Shown: one piece after another, positions 50,690 through 64,000 of the stretch
Position numbering within the stretch: position 1 is the first letter of the stretch
Layout of the letters: every line of letters starts with the position of its first letter
NCBI GenBank assembly: GCA_964106915.2
Contig: OZ066917.1
Reading direction: 5' to 3' (one strand)
Length of the DNA: 64,000 nt
From: Podarcis gaigeae
Lineage: Eukaryota
Program-made: the position numbers and the translations under genes
Notes under the pieces: generated by a model
What the model was told of the DNA's origin: nothing
Database searches by the model: none
Seen by the model: only the letters and a program-made list of their open reading frames with translations

Positions 50690-51395
50690 TTTTTGGGCAC
50701 TACCATAAACTGCTGGAAGGTTGCAGCACCTGCTGTGGATATAGAGACCAATACAGGAGAGACTTTTTTGCTGCAGCTGGGGCAGATGGAAGCATCCCGT
50801 TACGCTTCTGCTGAAGCACCACAGTGTTTCTTCTCTCTGCTCTCTTCCAGCAGTCATTCCTCCGGCGGTCACTGCTGTGGATACACAACCTGACTGTCTT
50901 TCTGCAGTCACTGTGGTTGTCTGCAAGGGATTCCCACATGGCAGCCTTCATGTCTCATTTGCAGACATCTTTGTAACACAGAGCAGGTGTGTCAACAGGT
51001 CTGGTGCCCGAAGCCAGCTCCCCGTGAAGCATGTCCTTGGGGAACCTGCCATCTTTCATTCTGTTGACATGACCGAGCCAGCATAGACATTGCTAAGACA
51101 GGAGTGTGAACATGCTGGAGATGTGGGCTTGGCGGAGCACATCTTTGTTTGTCATCTCTGCCCTGCCATGTGATACTCAAAATCTTTCCAGCACAGTGCA
51201 TGTGGAAGGCATTGAGGTGTCATTCCTGACGCTTGTAAGTTGCCCACAAATCACTTCCATAAAGTAATGTACTCAACACACAAACTTGGTAGACTTTCAT
51301 CATGGTATTGGACTTAAGCATCACATTCTCCCATACCCTTTTGGAGAGGGAAGCTATTGCGGTAGCTGCCTTGTCAATACACTTGTCCAATAACA
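50690..51395 (-). mobile_element. RTE-clade LINE 3' fragment
   Basis: 'KAATAIASLSKRVWEN..KVYQVCVLSTLLYGS' and C-terminal 'IGLYIHSRCC' motifs of RTE ORFs. Confidence 0.8.
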
Positions 51396-51397
51396 GT

Positions 51398-51467
<70 letters not shown>
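51396..51467. repeat. Compound (TG)n(AG)n microsatellite
   Basis: Seen directly; abuts the RTE fragment. Confidence 0.97.
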
Positions 51468-51471
<4 letters not shown>

Positions 51472-51730
51472 CACAAATTAATGAGGTTTAAGTAGGGATG
51501 GATCCAAATAATCAGAGAAAACTGAACATCTCTGCAATCTTCAATATCCTCATTTCTTCATGATCTTTCCTTAAATCCCTAATTCATGAAGTGGCCACAA
51601 TACATTTGTTAGATCTGAGGAGGGGACTAACACAACAGAAGCATTTTTCACACACGGAGCATCAAAATCAGTAAGACATATTTTGAACTACTCTAAAGGA
51701 CTCATTTGTATACACATGTACATTCCCTTA

Positions 51731-52086
51731 AAGGTAAAGGTAAAGGGACCCCTGACCATTAGGTCCAGTTGCGGACGACTCTGGGGTTGCGGCGCTCATT
51801 TCGCTTTATAGGCCGAGGGAGCCGGCGTACAGCTTCAGGGTCATGTGGCCAGCATGACTAAGCCGCTTCTGGCGAACCAGAGCAGCACATGGAAACGCTG
51901 TTTACCTTCCCGCCAGAGCGGTACCTATTTATCTACTTGCACTTTGTTGTGCTTTCGAACTGCTAGGTTAGCAGGAGCAGGGACTGAGCAACAGGAGCTC
52001 ACCCCATCGCAGGGATTTGAACTGCCGACCTTCTGATCGGCAAGCCCTAGGCTTTGTGGTTTAGACCACAGCGCCACCCATGTCCC
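51731..52086 (-). mobile_element. Full-length Sauria SINE with 14-bp TSD
   Basis: (AAAGGT)n tail on plus; exact direct repeat TGTACATTCCCTTA at 51717-51730 and 52087-52100. Confidence 0.92.
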
Positions 52087-55000
52087 TGTACATTCCCTTA
52101 CTCAAAAGCTTTTCACTTGGTTGAGTAGCAGCAAAAAGGTAAACAGCCTTCATTGTGCTTCAGGGATGTCAAGTGATATGAAAGGTCTGTCTTATTTAAT
52201 CAGTAATGGTCATTTCATACACACAAATCTTCACTTGATGCTGCAAACAAATTACTGTGTGATGATGAACACAATGTATGAATTCAGATTTAGTAGGGCA
52301 CAGAAACAGTCTCAGCTTCCCATCTACACACAAACACACCTTTGAAGCCCAACGTATCTCACAATGGTTTCCTCAAGGAGAGATAGTTATCTAGACTCCA
52401 CCTTCCTCAGCAAAGGTATGCTGGTATACTTGTTAGAAAGAGACTGATGAGAAAAACACACAATTGATTAAGACTGGTCTTCTCAGAATTTCACATTCCT
52501 TTTGGAGAATGTAATAAATTGACTATTAAAGCCACAAATCAATACAAAAAATTGCACAGTATGTAGATAAATGTCCTGTATCATTAAGAATATACAAAGA
52601 GATTACTGTATAGGGTTCTGTTCAGTTATTTGGCCATACCTCATGAAGCATTCTATCATATATATTGTTGTTGAAGCCATGGGAAGGCATTGTGAAATAC
52701 AAACTCAGTTTGAGGTGCACTCAGATTAAACATATATACAGGTCTAATATACAATGGCCTCAAGAATGCACATGGACTTTGAATCTCTGCAGCCAGGCCT
52801 TTGTGTCAGTAACCTTGCGATGCTGTCAATAACTTCCTAATCCGTATTACCATAAAAGTTAATACTTTATAGCATGAAGCAAATTTAGCTCTCTTGCAGA
52901 AGCTTTTCAAATGTTCAAATGTAGTGTTCAAATGTAGCTAGCAACTCATATTTTATTAAGAAGCAATAATAAAGCTGAAATTAAGCTGAAAAGGACTGTA
53001 GAAAAACAAGTTTCAAAGAGCAATAGGGCAGATATAAGCAGTGGTAGGTCAAATTATAGCAGCCCATCCTTCCGCCTATTTATATGAGGCTGGGCCAAAA
53101 TTTTGATCCCCTCAATTTCCCCAAATATTAATTCCCTGTGAAAACATATAGCAATCTCTGGGGGGAGGAAAGACATTGTGTTTGGGAGAGGGGTTAATTT
53201 TTTTTGCTTATTATGTTATTTATTTTTACACTGTAAACCACCCTGTGATCCTCAGATGGAGAGTGGAAAATAAATAAAATGCTTTTTTTGTGGGGGAAGC
53301 AATTATCTCTCTGGGTGCTTCCACATGACCTATTTATTGGGCTTTCATCCTGATTTGCTTGCACAAAGCTTAGGGGTGGAACCCCATCCCCACATGCCAA
53401 TCTTGACCCTCCATCTGGGCTCTCGGTGCAGATTGGGCCCAGAGAGAGAGGGGGGACAACTGAATGGGCAGCAGTTACAGTGGCAAAGAGAAGAGAGCCC
53501 AATGGTGGCATTTTGCCCCCTTCCCCCCCAACCCCCCCCCCCGGATCCAGCACTAAACATGTGTAAGAGCACCTGAACACAATCCCCTCTCTCATATCTT
53601 TATATAAAGACCCACTCAAGAGTGAAAGAACAAGCAAAAGCCAATACTTCGCCCTCCTTTCCTAATGCAGAAACCACCCCCACCCTGCCCCTCAACCACA
53701 GCAGGAAGACACATTGAAGCGGCAGCGCAGGGGACGCTACATCAAATCACCTTTGAAATTGCCCTTGAAAGAGTCATGCTAAGACCTCCTAAATGGTTTC
53801 CTCCAAGTTCCCTCCCCCCTCCCCATTTGTTGGATTCAAAGTCACTAGCATAAAAGCCGCCTCCTGAGCGCAGCGCTGCCTTGACTGGTAACCAATGTGA
53901 CTTTCACAGCTAGACGCAGTTAAGTGCCGCTTGGTGGGAAAGAAACAGAAGAAACAATTAAGGCAGAACAGAAAAAGGTGCAAAAAAAGAGAAGAAGTTA
54001 CGAAAAGAAAATAGAAGGAATCTGATTAGCAGGCAAAAATATGAGAAGGAATGTTAGGTGGTTAACTCATATCTGCCAGACTTCCAACAATAAAAATGAA
54101 ATAAATTCACAAGGCTAACAGGGAAAAGGAACCTGTGGACCTCCAGGTGTCAGATAACAACACCCATCATTCCTGACCAGTGGCCATGTTGACTGGGGCT
54201 GATAGGAATTGTAGTTCAACAACATCTGAAAGGCACCAGGTTCCAACAAATGGGGGGGGATCAACAAACTGTGACTGCATCCTGGTAAGACACAGAGACA
54301 GTGGTGGATCCCAGGTCAAAGTTGGGGAGTTCAGTTCTGGACAGGGAAGGAGGAGGTGCATGGTTTGGGGGTACTTTTAAATCCATCTTTGTCACTGTAG
54401 GCTCAGGTGACTTTTGGCTGTTGACCAGCTCCTGGGCCATGTTCAAGGTCTTGTTAACACATAAAGTCCTGAACAACAGTCAATACTGCATGGAGATTGT
54501 TGAAATATTAAACATTTTAGACATGCATCTTAAAAATAAATAAATGGGGTGGGAGAAAAAGAAGACAATGAATGTTAATATGACAGTACTGAATAGGAAA
54601 AGACCAGTTTCCAAAGACAATTTCCAGTTTCTGGAAACTGCAGGAGGGGAGTGTGCTTAGGTCCTGCTTGCACATTTCCAACAAACATCTGGGCGGCCAC
54701 TGTGAGAATCTGACACAGGACTAGATGGACCATTGGACTGATCCAGCAGACTCTTCTGATGCTCTTAGGACAGTTTCTGTTGTGCTTTTACCATGGTAAC
54801 AAATACCTCTGAAGGTCAAAGGGCAGCCCAGCAATGCAGATGGCCTATAATGACTAAAAATATTTATTTGTTGAGTATTATGAATATGTTGTTTTGTTCG
54901 TTCTCTTTAACCCAGCTACCATATAATGAGTACTTTTTTAATCCGACCGATACTGGGGTCAAATACAAAGGCCAAGTCTAAAACACAGGGGGGAAGTGTG

Positions 55001-55520
55001 ATGAACCACAGTTGTGTAAGGAGGTTAACCCTCTTTATAAAACCTACTTTACTATTCTGATATCAGAGTTAAATACATACTAAGACAAGCTGCTTTTTAT
55101 CTTACATTGTAAACGGACAGGTGACTTGTCTTTCCTGTATGTATTAGAAACCACAGAAACCCTTGGCCATATAGCATGTTCCTCAGTAATTTTCATTGCT
55201 GTACCTGAAGTGCAGGCGGTCCTTCTACAACAGTGTGAGAACCATTGATCTGTTTGACTTTGTCTACAGCACTTTCCTATGTTTCATTTTTTGCATTTTT
55301 ATGTTGACCCCACCTTTCATCTAAAAGAAAAATCCACCCTCCAGCACATCTAATAAAGCTACAGCACATGACCATTGACCACTACTCAAAACAAATATTT
55401 AAAAACAAGGCTTAAAAATGCCATCATAAAATATTGCTCAGCAAGAAAAACAAAGCGTACATAGTAGCAATGGAAACTTTAAAAACAACAGGTTCTCCGA
55501 CGTATATTCATATACCCATA

Positions 55521-55762
55521 CAGTGGTACCTCGGGTTAAGTACTTAATTCATTCTGGAGGTCCGTACTTAACCTGAAACTGTTCTTAACCTGAAGCACCA
55601 CTTTAGCTAATGGGGCCTCCTGCTGCTGCCATGCCACCGGAGCACAATTTCTGTTCTCATCCTGAAGCAAAGTTCTTAACCTGAAGCACTGTTTCTGGGT
55701 TAGTGGAGTCTGTAACCTGAAGCGTATGTAACCTGAAGCGTATGTAACCCGTGGTACCACTG
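55521..55762. mobile_element. Tc1/mariner-type MITE
   Basis: TA|CAGTGGTACCTCGGGTTA ... TAACCCGTGGTACCACTG|TA (TIRs and TA duplication). Confidence 0.9.
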
Positions 55763-55908
55763 TATTGCCATCTGTCCTAGAGGACAAGTGCTAATATAAA
55801 AGCCTTGCTGACATGATGGCAGACGTAAAGAATGAGCAAACCCAAGCAGGAGTCCTCAATGCAATGGAAGTTAAGAATCAGCGGAACAGATGATGCTTTG
55901 TTTTGAGG

Positions 55909-56040
55909 CAGGGGTGGGCAACGTGTCACCCTCCACATATTGTTGGACCCCAACTTTCATCAGCCCCCAGCCAGCCAATGGTCAGGGAAGATGGGAATTC
56001 TAGGCCAACAACATCCAGAGGGCTACATGTTGCCCAACCA
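55909..56040. mobile_element. Short ~130-bp CAGGG-terminated MITE (representative; related copies near 34500, 35105, 42045, 47098, 54119, 61748)
   Basis: caggggtgggcaac ... gttgcccaacc termini with a shared internal 'gatgggaattgtagt..aacaacatc' motif. Confidence 0.6.
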
Positions 56041-56346
56041 TATTTAAAGCAAATAAGGCTGCAATCCTATGCCTACGAACATGGGAGTAAGCCCCACTGA
56101 ATTCAGTAGACACGTATAGGATTGTGCTATAAGGATGTGTTTACACAACACATTGAAAGCCCATTCAAAACACATTATCTCCCTTAATCAGATTTCTCAT
56201 TCCCAGCAACTCTTAACCACAGCGCCCAGAATTCTTTGACGGAAATAATGTGCTTTGAATATGTTTTAAAGGTGTTGCGTGTACACAGCATGTAAGACTA
56301 TGCACACACACCTGGGAGTAAGGCCCATTGTAGGTGGGACAACTTA

Positions 56347-56698
56347 AAAAGGTAAAGGTATCCCTGACCGTTAGGTCCAGTCGTGGACGACTCTGGGGTT
56401 GCAGTGCTCATCTCGCTCTATAGCCCAAGGGAGCCGGCGTACAGCTTCCGGGCCATGTGGCCAGAATTACTAAGCCGCTTCTGGCGAACCAGAGCAGCAC
56501 ACGGAAACGCTGTTTACCTTCCCGCCAGAGCGGTACCTATTTATCTACTTGCACTTTGACGTGCTTTCAAACTGCTAGGTGGACAGGAGCAGGGACCGAG
56601 TAACAGGAGCTCACCCCACCGCAGGGATTCGAACCGCCAACCTTCTAATCAGCAAACCCTAGGCTCTGTGATTTAGACCACAGTGCCACCCTCGTCCT
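56347..56698 (-). mobile_element. Full-length Sauria SINE with 13-bp TSD
   Basis: Direct repeat GTGGGACAACTTA at 56334-56346 and 56699-56711; highly similar to the 51731 copy. Confidence 0.92.
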
Positions 56699-59600
56699 GT
56701 GGGACAACTTACTACTGAATAAAAACAGATCAAATGGCACAGCAAATAATTTGAAGGGCATGAAAAAAATCACCAGGCTTATATCTCTTTATATTTAAAT
56801 AGTTGCTACATCTCACATGGAGAATTATAGCTCTTTCTTCTTATCCTGCCAGGCTTCTGGAGCACTATGCCTTTCTGTCCATTATTAGGAGATATTGTTT
56901 GTTTCCGTCCAAGCTATAATTTGGAGAGATACTTCACACTTTACATTCACTTCTAATAGGGATTGTTCAAAGCTTTATCCTAACTTGGCGTGTATGGCTT
57001 ACTTCAGGTGAAAAAGCTGTTTATGCACACCGCTTCCAAGATTTCTAGCAAATCTGCCTAAAGTGTATTGGAATTATTACTTTTTTGTCTATGGAAGAGA
57101 TCCAGGAAGGCAAATTCTCCCATTGCCTCAAATGACATGATTAAAGCCATATCTAACTTGTACTTTTACCCCAAATTTGTGCTTTTGCTTCTAAAGAATT
57201 GAATGTGAAGGGAACACAACATGAAGGTCTCTTACCAAGCAACCTTTTCTATGTTTTCTCCCCCTTAATCTAATTCTTTGCCACTCTTGTGATCTACTAA
57301 CTGGGCTTTTTTTATCCTTTTCTCGCTTTCTTGCCTCGGCAAGTAGCCTAACCTTTTACAGCTCAATTTAATTCTCTAACCAGCCTTTATTCGCTTGCTT
57401 CCCTCGTCACCACCATTTTCTCCTCCTCCCTGTCTCCTTTTCATCTTTTTTAGAATACAGGAAAAAGCTTTCCCGTTTTCTCTCTTTGATAAGCATAAAT
57501 TGCACCCGGCTGAAAATGGGGCATCAGTGAGGAAATCATTAGAAGGCCTGGTTCCAAGAGCTGCTAAGAACCCTGGTGTTGTTACGCACAAGAATAGGGC
57601 ACAGGCCTGTACTTGGTGAGACCTGATCTGGAGAATCACATATGTTACAGCTTTCTTCTGTTTGCCAGGCAGCACCTGGAGCACTCAGCAGGGGCGATTT
57701 TCTCTCTCTTTTAATTCTTTTCAAGCACCACAGCACTGATGTTCAATCATGGCTTTCATGAAGTTCAAGAAAGTGAAGAGAAGTTAATAAGGCCTGTAAC
57801 ATGCGCACACGCAAGGGAAATTTACTCTTGCCCCCCCCCCACTTGCCTTCTCCCAGTCACACCAGAAGTGAAGACGACCGGGAAGGAAGACCCCCTCTGA
57901 GTAACTACTTAACCACAGTTTAACCTCTTGCTAAAGGTAAAGGGAAAGAGTTGGTTCATTTTTAATGCAGATATGGCAACCTATAAAACAGAGATGGCTA
58001 ATAGTTCTTGTTCTGAGGGCCAAGCTCTCCTTTGGCCAACCACTGGGGGCAGGGGGGGCATGCAAGAAATGCTTGTGGCCACCCCACTCTCTCAAACACA
58101 GAGTTACCCTCTCAGGACAGATCAGCTGCAGAGGGGGAGCAAATGCCTCCTCCCTGGGCATCTAATGATCTGTTTAATGATGAAAGGGAGCAATCTCCAT
58201 CCCCACCAGGGTTCTGGGATGGGCAGAGAGGATTCAGCTTCAGATTCTGCTATATAAGCTGTTCTACATGCAAGAAAGAACATGTAGAGTCCCACAATTA
58301 TTTTTCACAAAAATATACTACGCAAAGGGTTTATTTAACCTTTAAAATGAACAGCCTAAATTTGTATCCCTGCCACTCCCTTTGAAATGGTTCCATTGAT
58401 CTTTTTTTCTTCTTATCTACTGTATCTCTTCACATGTTCAATGAAAGTGTGTGGGGAGGGTGCAACATTGCAACGGCAGGGGCCAGGGTTCATCCCACAA
58501 ATGCATGTGTTCATTGAAACAACTGTTATTGTACAGAGGACTCTCTTTACATGTTGGGGACTCCCAAATTTGTGAACAGAGCCCTCTATTCACTGTTGCA
58601 GGTGCTGGGTTCTTTTCAAACCCTGTAAATGAAGGCATGTAGGTGTGTGGAGGAGAGAAGAGCCTGCCACCGGCCTGCCACATCAAAGAGCCACCCACGT
58701 GTGTCAAACATGTGAGGCACATTTGGAGATTCTCACACGATATTCGTACCTGGCACCATGCCATCTAGTTTGATCAAAAGGATAAGCAAACCCTCTGATA
58801 ACCAAAATACCACTTTTATTCATATTGACTGCCATCCTGAGAGCTGTGTGAATATAAATATAGCTTTGTGCAAATAGTGCTTCTTTCAACTGCCCAAATA
58901 TTTTAGATGTTGCTCGGGTTAATCAAACTATGTAAATCTCATAATAAATTCTTCAGACACACCTATCCTGTAATTCAAAAGAATACATGGAAACCATAAC
59001 AATTGGTTAATGGGCAGCCAAAAGAACCTAAGAAGAGCCTTCTTGATCGGGCCAATGGGCCATGTTGTTCAACATCCCGTTGTCACCGTGGCCAACCAGA
59101 TGCTTGTGGGAAACCCAAAAGGAGGATCCAAGTGCAACAACACTGCCCATTTGTGATTCCCAGCAACAGACATTCAGAGGCATACTGCCTCCATCTGTGG
59201 AGGTAGAACACGGCCATATCTCAGTTGGTCATGCAACAAAAGCCAAGGCAGGTCTAACTCAACATGTCAATATGGAAACTCAGAAATGATGATGACATCC
59301 TCAAGTCACAAATAGCATGAGAAACATAGGCCTCTTTAATATACCCCAGAGGAAAAATCACCAGGAATATGACATCATTACTTAAGAAAGCACATACAGA
59401 AACAAATTCCTTTGAGCAGTGACAGAGTCATGAAAGCTTAGGATGGGGGGTGGGGATGAGTACCAATTCCTAGGGAAAATGAGAAGGCAGCTATAGCCAT
59501 CAAGCCTTGCTCATGGACTTCCTGGAGACATCTGGTTGGTCACTGAGAAGCAGGATGCTAGACATTGATTTGATCCAGCAGGACTCTTATGTTCTTAAAA

Positions 59601-60783
59601 TAGTAAGTAACTTGACTAAAGGCCACTTAGTGTACTCCAATGCATATTTACCCAAAAAGGAGTCCTATGGGGCTTGCATGCAAGTAAGTGTGAAGAAGAG
59701 TAGCACCTTAATGAGTCTGAGATCTTAGCTGCTTGCTACAGAGAAATCAGTACAGAAACACAACAAAGAACATGAGGAAGAATCTGGAGGACGAGGAAGA
59801 ACTGACCTCAGCAAAAATATTGTACCAAGTAGAACAGAATGGCTAAACAAGTACCAGGATGGAAATACCCTGGTTAACTCATGTCTTATAAAAAACAACA
59901 ACACACTATTAGACTAGAATAGATAACAGGAGTCTAATACTGTTACATAGGAGCAGAATTACATACTGCTAATTCAAAATATCAGAATCCAGTTTAACAA
60001 GCTCTCTTTTTCCTCTATTATTTATAATATTTACTGGCATTTTAATGTATACTTTAATTTCAGCAAATTTAATTAAAGACCAGTTGTCAGCATCTAATTG
60101 CACAAGGGAAGCTGAGGGGTATAGTAAGGAAAAGGTAAAAGAGGCAGAACACAGCAAATGTACGGTGGGGTGAAACCACTGTGATATTGACTGTTCTAAA
60201 TAAACCTTTAATTCCACAAAACACTCAGGCATGAGGAGCAGAACTCCTAGCATTCCCATCTCTACTTGTTTTGCTCATCCCCACTCCCCACCCCAGATTT
60301 CCAGGTTGGCAGAATGAAGCTGTCACTTCCACCAGCAGGTGCTGTCAGGTCCAACTTCATTTCACAGCAGTTGTTACATGAGATTAAGACAACAAGCTTC
60401 CCTGGGCAGACCAAATAGGCGTAATAGATGGGTTAACCTTGGATTAACCAGATAAGTGTGGGTGGGTTCACTTGAAATGACAATGCATTTTGTCATCCAT
60501 TTTCTGCGAAATAGATTACTAGCACCAACACTTTCCACTGACTCTTGGGGAAAGTAGCCAGAGACCTGGGTCTAAGCCATCTCAGTAAACAAAGTACTGA
60601 GTGAAAAACAATTCACATTCTTGGTTACAATTTTTTTCCCCTGCAGCACAACACGTGCCACAGGTGATCTCGGGTCATTTTTTCCACACTTCATAATAAT
60701 GATGACATGGGGAACTAAAGGAAGACACAAAAAATAGGCTTTTACAAGAAAAAAAGGCTTTTACAGGTTGTACCAACAAGTAG

Positions 60784-61146
60784 GGGACGCAGGTGGCGCT
60801 GTGGGTTAAAGCCTCAGCGCCTAGGACTTGCCGATCGAAAGGTCGGCGGTTCGAATCCCTGTGGCGGGGTGCGCTCCCGCTGCTCGGTCCCAGCGCCTGC
60901 CAACCTAGCAGTTCGAAAGCACCTACGGGTGCAAGTAGATAAATAGGGACCGCTTACCAGCGGGAAGGTAAACGGCGTTTCCGTGTGCGGCTCTGGCTCG
61001 CCAGAGCAGCGATGTCACGCTGGCCACGTGACCCGGAAGTGTCTCCGGACAGCGCTGGCCCCTGGCCTCTTGAGTGAGATGGGCGCACAACCCCAGAGTC
61101 TGTCAAGACTGGCCCGTACGGGCAGGGGTACCTTTACCTTTACCTT
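60784..61146 (+). mobile_element. Young, CpG-rich full-length Sauria SINE with 13-bp TSD
   Basis: Box A gtggcgctgtgg, box B ggttcgaatcc, (ACCTTT)n tail, exact direct repeat TACCAACAAGTAG at 60771-60783 and 61147-61159. Confidence 0.93.
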
Positions 61147-63503
61147 TACCAACAAGTAGATGACAGGTGGAAATTAATATACAATAAATTACACTCTAAT
61201 AAATATTTTTCTTATTATTATTACTGGAATGATGCATTGAACAGGATCTCTTCTTTCTGATACGCTGAATAAGATTTACCAGTGATCACTAGACTTGACA
61301 ATACAAGCTCCAGTCAGAATCTCCCTTCCTTGCAGTGCTTCAATTACTGCCAAGGCATTTGTGCCATATAACTTGATTTTTTTAAAAAAGAAAAAGGCAA
61401 CACAAGTTTGAATTCACACTTACTCTGCCCAAAGAGCAAGAACATCCTGCTTCATTAACTGTCCCACTTTCAGAGAAATGGCTGGTTCTAAGAACTGCAG
61501 TGAAGCTTAAATGAAAGTAAAAAAAGGCCAAGGCACAGGTGTCTGCACCCATTTCTATAAAAAAAAGTATTTGATTCTTATAAGGCACTACATGGTATCT
61601 CAGTCATGCCCTTAGTTTGCGCATGCAGTGGCATGGCACTCATTTACTTTGACTCGGTGTGTCTAGGGCGCCCGCACTGTGCGTTGTGTTTTAGAGATAT
61701 GCAGGACTGTCATTGTCCTTTAGACTCTACCTTGATGAAACTTTAGGTCAGCGATGGGGGACTTCTGGCCCACCTGGTGTTGTGGGGTGACACCTTCTAT
61801 CACCCCGGACCATTTGCCATGCTGGGTGAGGCGGGTGGATACTTAAATCCAACAACATTGGGGGGGGCACAGTTTCCCCATGCTTGTTCTCCATATAATG
61901 CGAGAAAGAAACTTGGCTGAGAAAGCTGTGTCCCCGTGCTGGGCATGGTGGCTGCCCTGGCTGGTACACGGGCACAAGAAGAACAGGATAATTTTAAAAT
62001 ATGAATCAATCAATGGTAAGATATCTCTGAACTCTATGGCTATGAAGTACAGAAGAATCGCTCCAGTTCTCTAGTCTAAACCACCCTTTGACTTAATGGA
62101 TTATCTGTCCTACATGCCAGCTTTCCAAGGAACACCAGGCAGCCAGGTAATTATTTTGCCCGCTGCTGACTGCTTCACACACATGCATAGCTTTAACCTC
62201 CATTCTGAGAGGTTGCAGGAGGGATGGAGAAAATTCATTCAACCCTACTACTGTGTTTTGCCTATCTGTTATATTCTCAACCAGGCTCAAGAGGCACTAG
62301 TATTTCACTACAAACCAGTTCACCACCAGCCCATCTTTTCAAGCTTCCATCTAACTGTTAGAAGGAACATTTGTAAGTGTTGGGTTCTTTCCCCTTCTGC
62401 CTCAACATAGAACCCTAGTAGTTCCATTAAATGCCTGAAACAAAAACAGGTCATGATAAACTTTCTGGATTTTCCCTACAGCCTTTCATGCCCTTGAGGA
62501 TTCCCTTTTCTCCTATAATCTGCTGATTCACGTGTACTTGTGATCTTTTCATTTTCATAGATTTTAAAGCAAACATGTGCTATAGTAAGGAAAGAGCAAA
62601 AAAAACAAACAAACCCACAACCCAAAATACAAATTACTTAGAAATATAAATTTGAAAATTCAAGTACAGATGACTAAAAGACCAAAACTGTAATAATGCA
62701 ATTAATACTTTGTCAATGTTTTTGCAAGTACAAAACATAATTATCTAGAATTATGCATTGTTATAGCTATCTTCCAGAGGGGTTAACATCTTAGTCTGTT
62801 GCTGCATATACTTTTGATGAAGAGGGAGCTAGTCTATGAAAGCTTATGCTGTAATTATATGCATCTTTCTGCTACAAACATTTTAACTTCATTTAGGAGG
62901 TGGCTGGCTTATACTGTTGGCTGACCCATTTAAATCCAATTGAAGAAGAAAGCATGCCTGTCTGCGTACATCCCATTAATTAACTGGCCAGACTTTTCAT
63001 ACTATTTAGAGGCACTATCTATATTATCACTGACCTGTTTTCTGCAATGACAGTATGGATGTGATCAAATCTAAGCGAATCAGAACAACTCCAACTATTC
63101 CTTGAAACTCAACAGATCTTAAATAATCAAAACAAGGGGAAATTACAATCCTGTACAATCCAAGCAATTTTATTGCAGGGGTGCAGAGAGCAAACTCTGA
63201 AAGGTTGCAGGGACCAGAAGCAAAATTGGCTGAGGCTGTGGTGATATTCTCCCTTTAAGACTAGCATGCAGGTTGTGTTGGAATTTGTTAGAACTCCTGG
63301 AATAATTATTTTAAACACAGATGTCTCTCATTAAGGCCTCAAGGCCAGGGTCGAACGGTAATCAGATACGTGATGGGAGCAGGTGGTAATTCCTTTGGGA
63401 GGAAAGGGTGAAGGCCCATAGTCAGTGTTCCCTTAAAACCTGGGGCAAACATAAGCAGTTCTCCCTTCATGGAAGGTCAGCGCCTGTTCAGACCTAGAAG
63501 GTA

Positions 63504-63728
63504 CAGTGGTACCTTGAGGTACAAACGCTTCAGGTTACAAATTCCGCTAACCTGGAAGAGTTACCTTGAGTTGAGAACTTTGCCCCAGGATGAGAACGGA
63601 AATTGTGTGCCAGTGGCACAGTGGCAGCAAGAGGCCCCATTAGTGAAAGCCCGCCTTTAGTTAAGAACAGCTTCAGGTTAAGAACGGACCTCCAGAACAA
63701 ATTAAGTTTGTAACTAGGGGTACCACTG
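63504..63728. mobile_element. Tc1/mariner-type MITE (same family as 55521, opposite orientation)
   Basis: TA|CAGTGGTACC ... GGTACCACTG|TA. Confidence 0.88.
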
Positions 63729-63795
63729 TATTTTGCTTTGCCGCTCAGCCTAAGATTTATGTGCATGTGTTTCTGTCAGCTAGCTAGATAAAATA

Positions 63796-64000
63796 CAGTG
63801 GTACCTCAGGTTAAGTACTTAATTTGTTCGGGAGGTCCGTTCTTAACCTGAAACTGTTTTTAACCTGAAGCACCACTTTAGCTAATGGGGCCTCCCGCTG
63901 CTGCTGCGCTGCCAAAGCACGATTTCTGTTCTCATCCTGAAGCAAAGTTCTTAACCCGAGGTACTATTTCTGGGTTAGCAGTCTGCAACCTGAAGCGTAT
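63796..64000. mobile_element. Tc1/mariner-type MITE, truncated by the window end
   Basis: TA|CAGTGGTACCTCAGGTTAAGTACTTAAT..., colinear with the 55521 copy. Confidence 0.88.

Noticed and set aside
42694-64000. Search for CD247 exon 1 (signal peptide)
   Set aside because: No minus-strand ATG with a hydrophobic leader and phase-1 donor was found. Intron 1 is long in mammals, so exon 1 is probably outside the window.

Overview
Vertebrate genomic DNA, most likely from a lacertid lizard (inferred from Sauria/Squam1-type SINEs ending in (ACCTTT)n, a Squam3-type SINE, and CR1/L2/RTE relics). It holds two convergent genes. On the + strand are the last 11 coding exons of POU2F1 (Oct-1), 693-18000, which splice in frame to 632 aa plus stop and include the full POU-specific domain and homeodomain. 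They are followed by a probable ~13-kb 3'UTR ending near ATTAAA 31027. On the - strand are exons 2-8 of CD247 (TCR/CD3 zeta), 42693-33380, with the TM Cys/Asp and three intact ITAMs; exon 1 lies beyond the window and 42694-64000 is TE-rich intron 1. The main unexpected signal is at ~29345-29644 on the - strand, inside the POU2F1 3'UTR. It is a recognisable homologue of the mammalian CD3-eta alternative terminal exon (AG|GAC AGC CTC TTC CAA GCA GTG = DSLFQAV). A second acceptor 16 nt upstream opens a 99-aa frame carrying the mouse-eta-like 'STHQSRQSCTNVFS..LWSP' motif, a G14 run could switch between the frames, and an AATAAA lies downstream. The lizard zeta chain also ends in a PPxY motif and lacks the first basic-rich stretch. 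Comparisons to mammalian proteins are from recalled sequences and need alignment to confirm.
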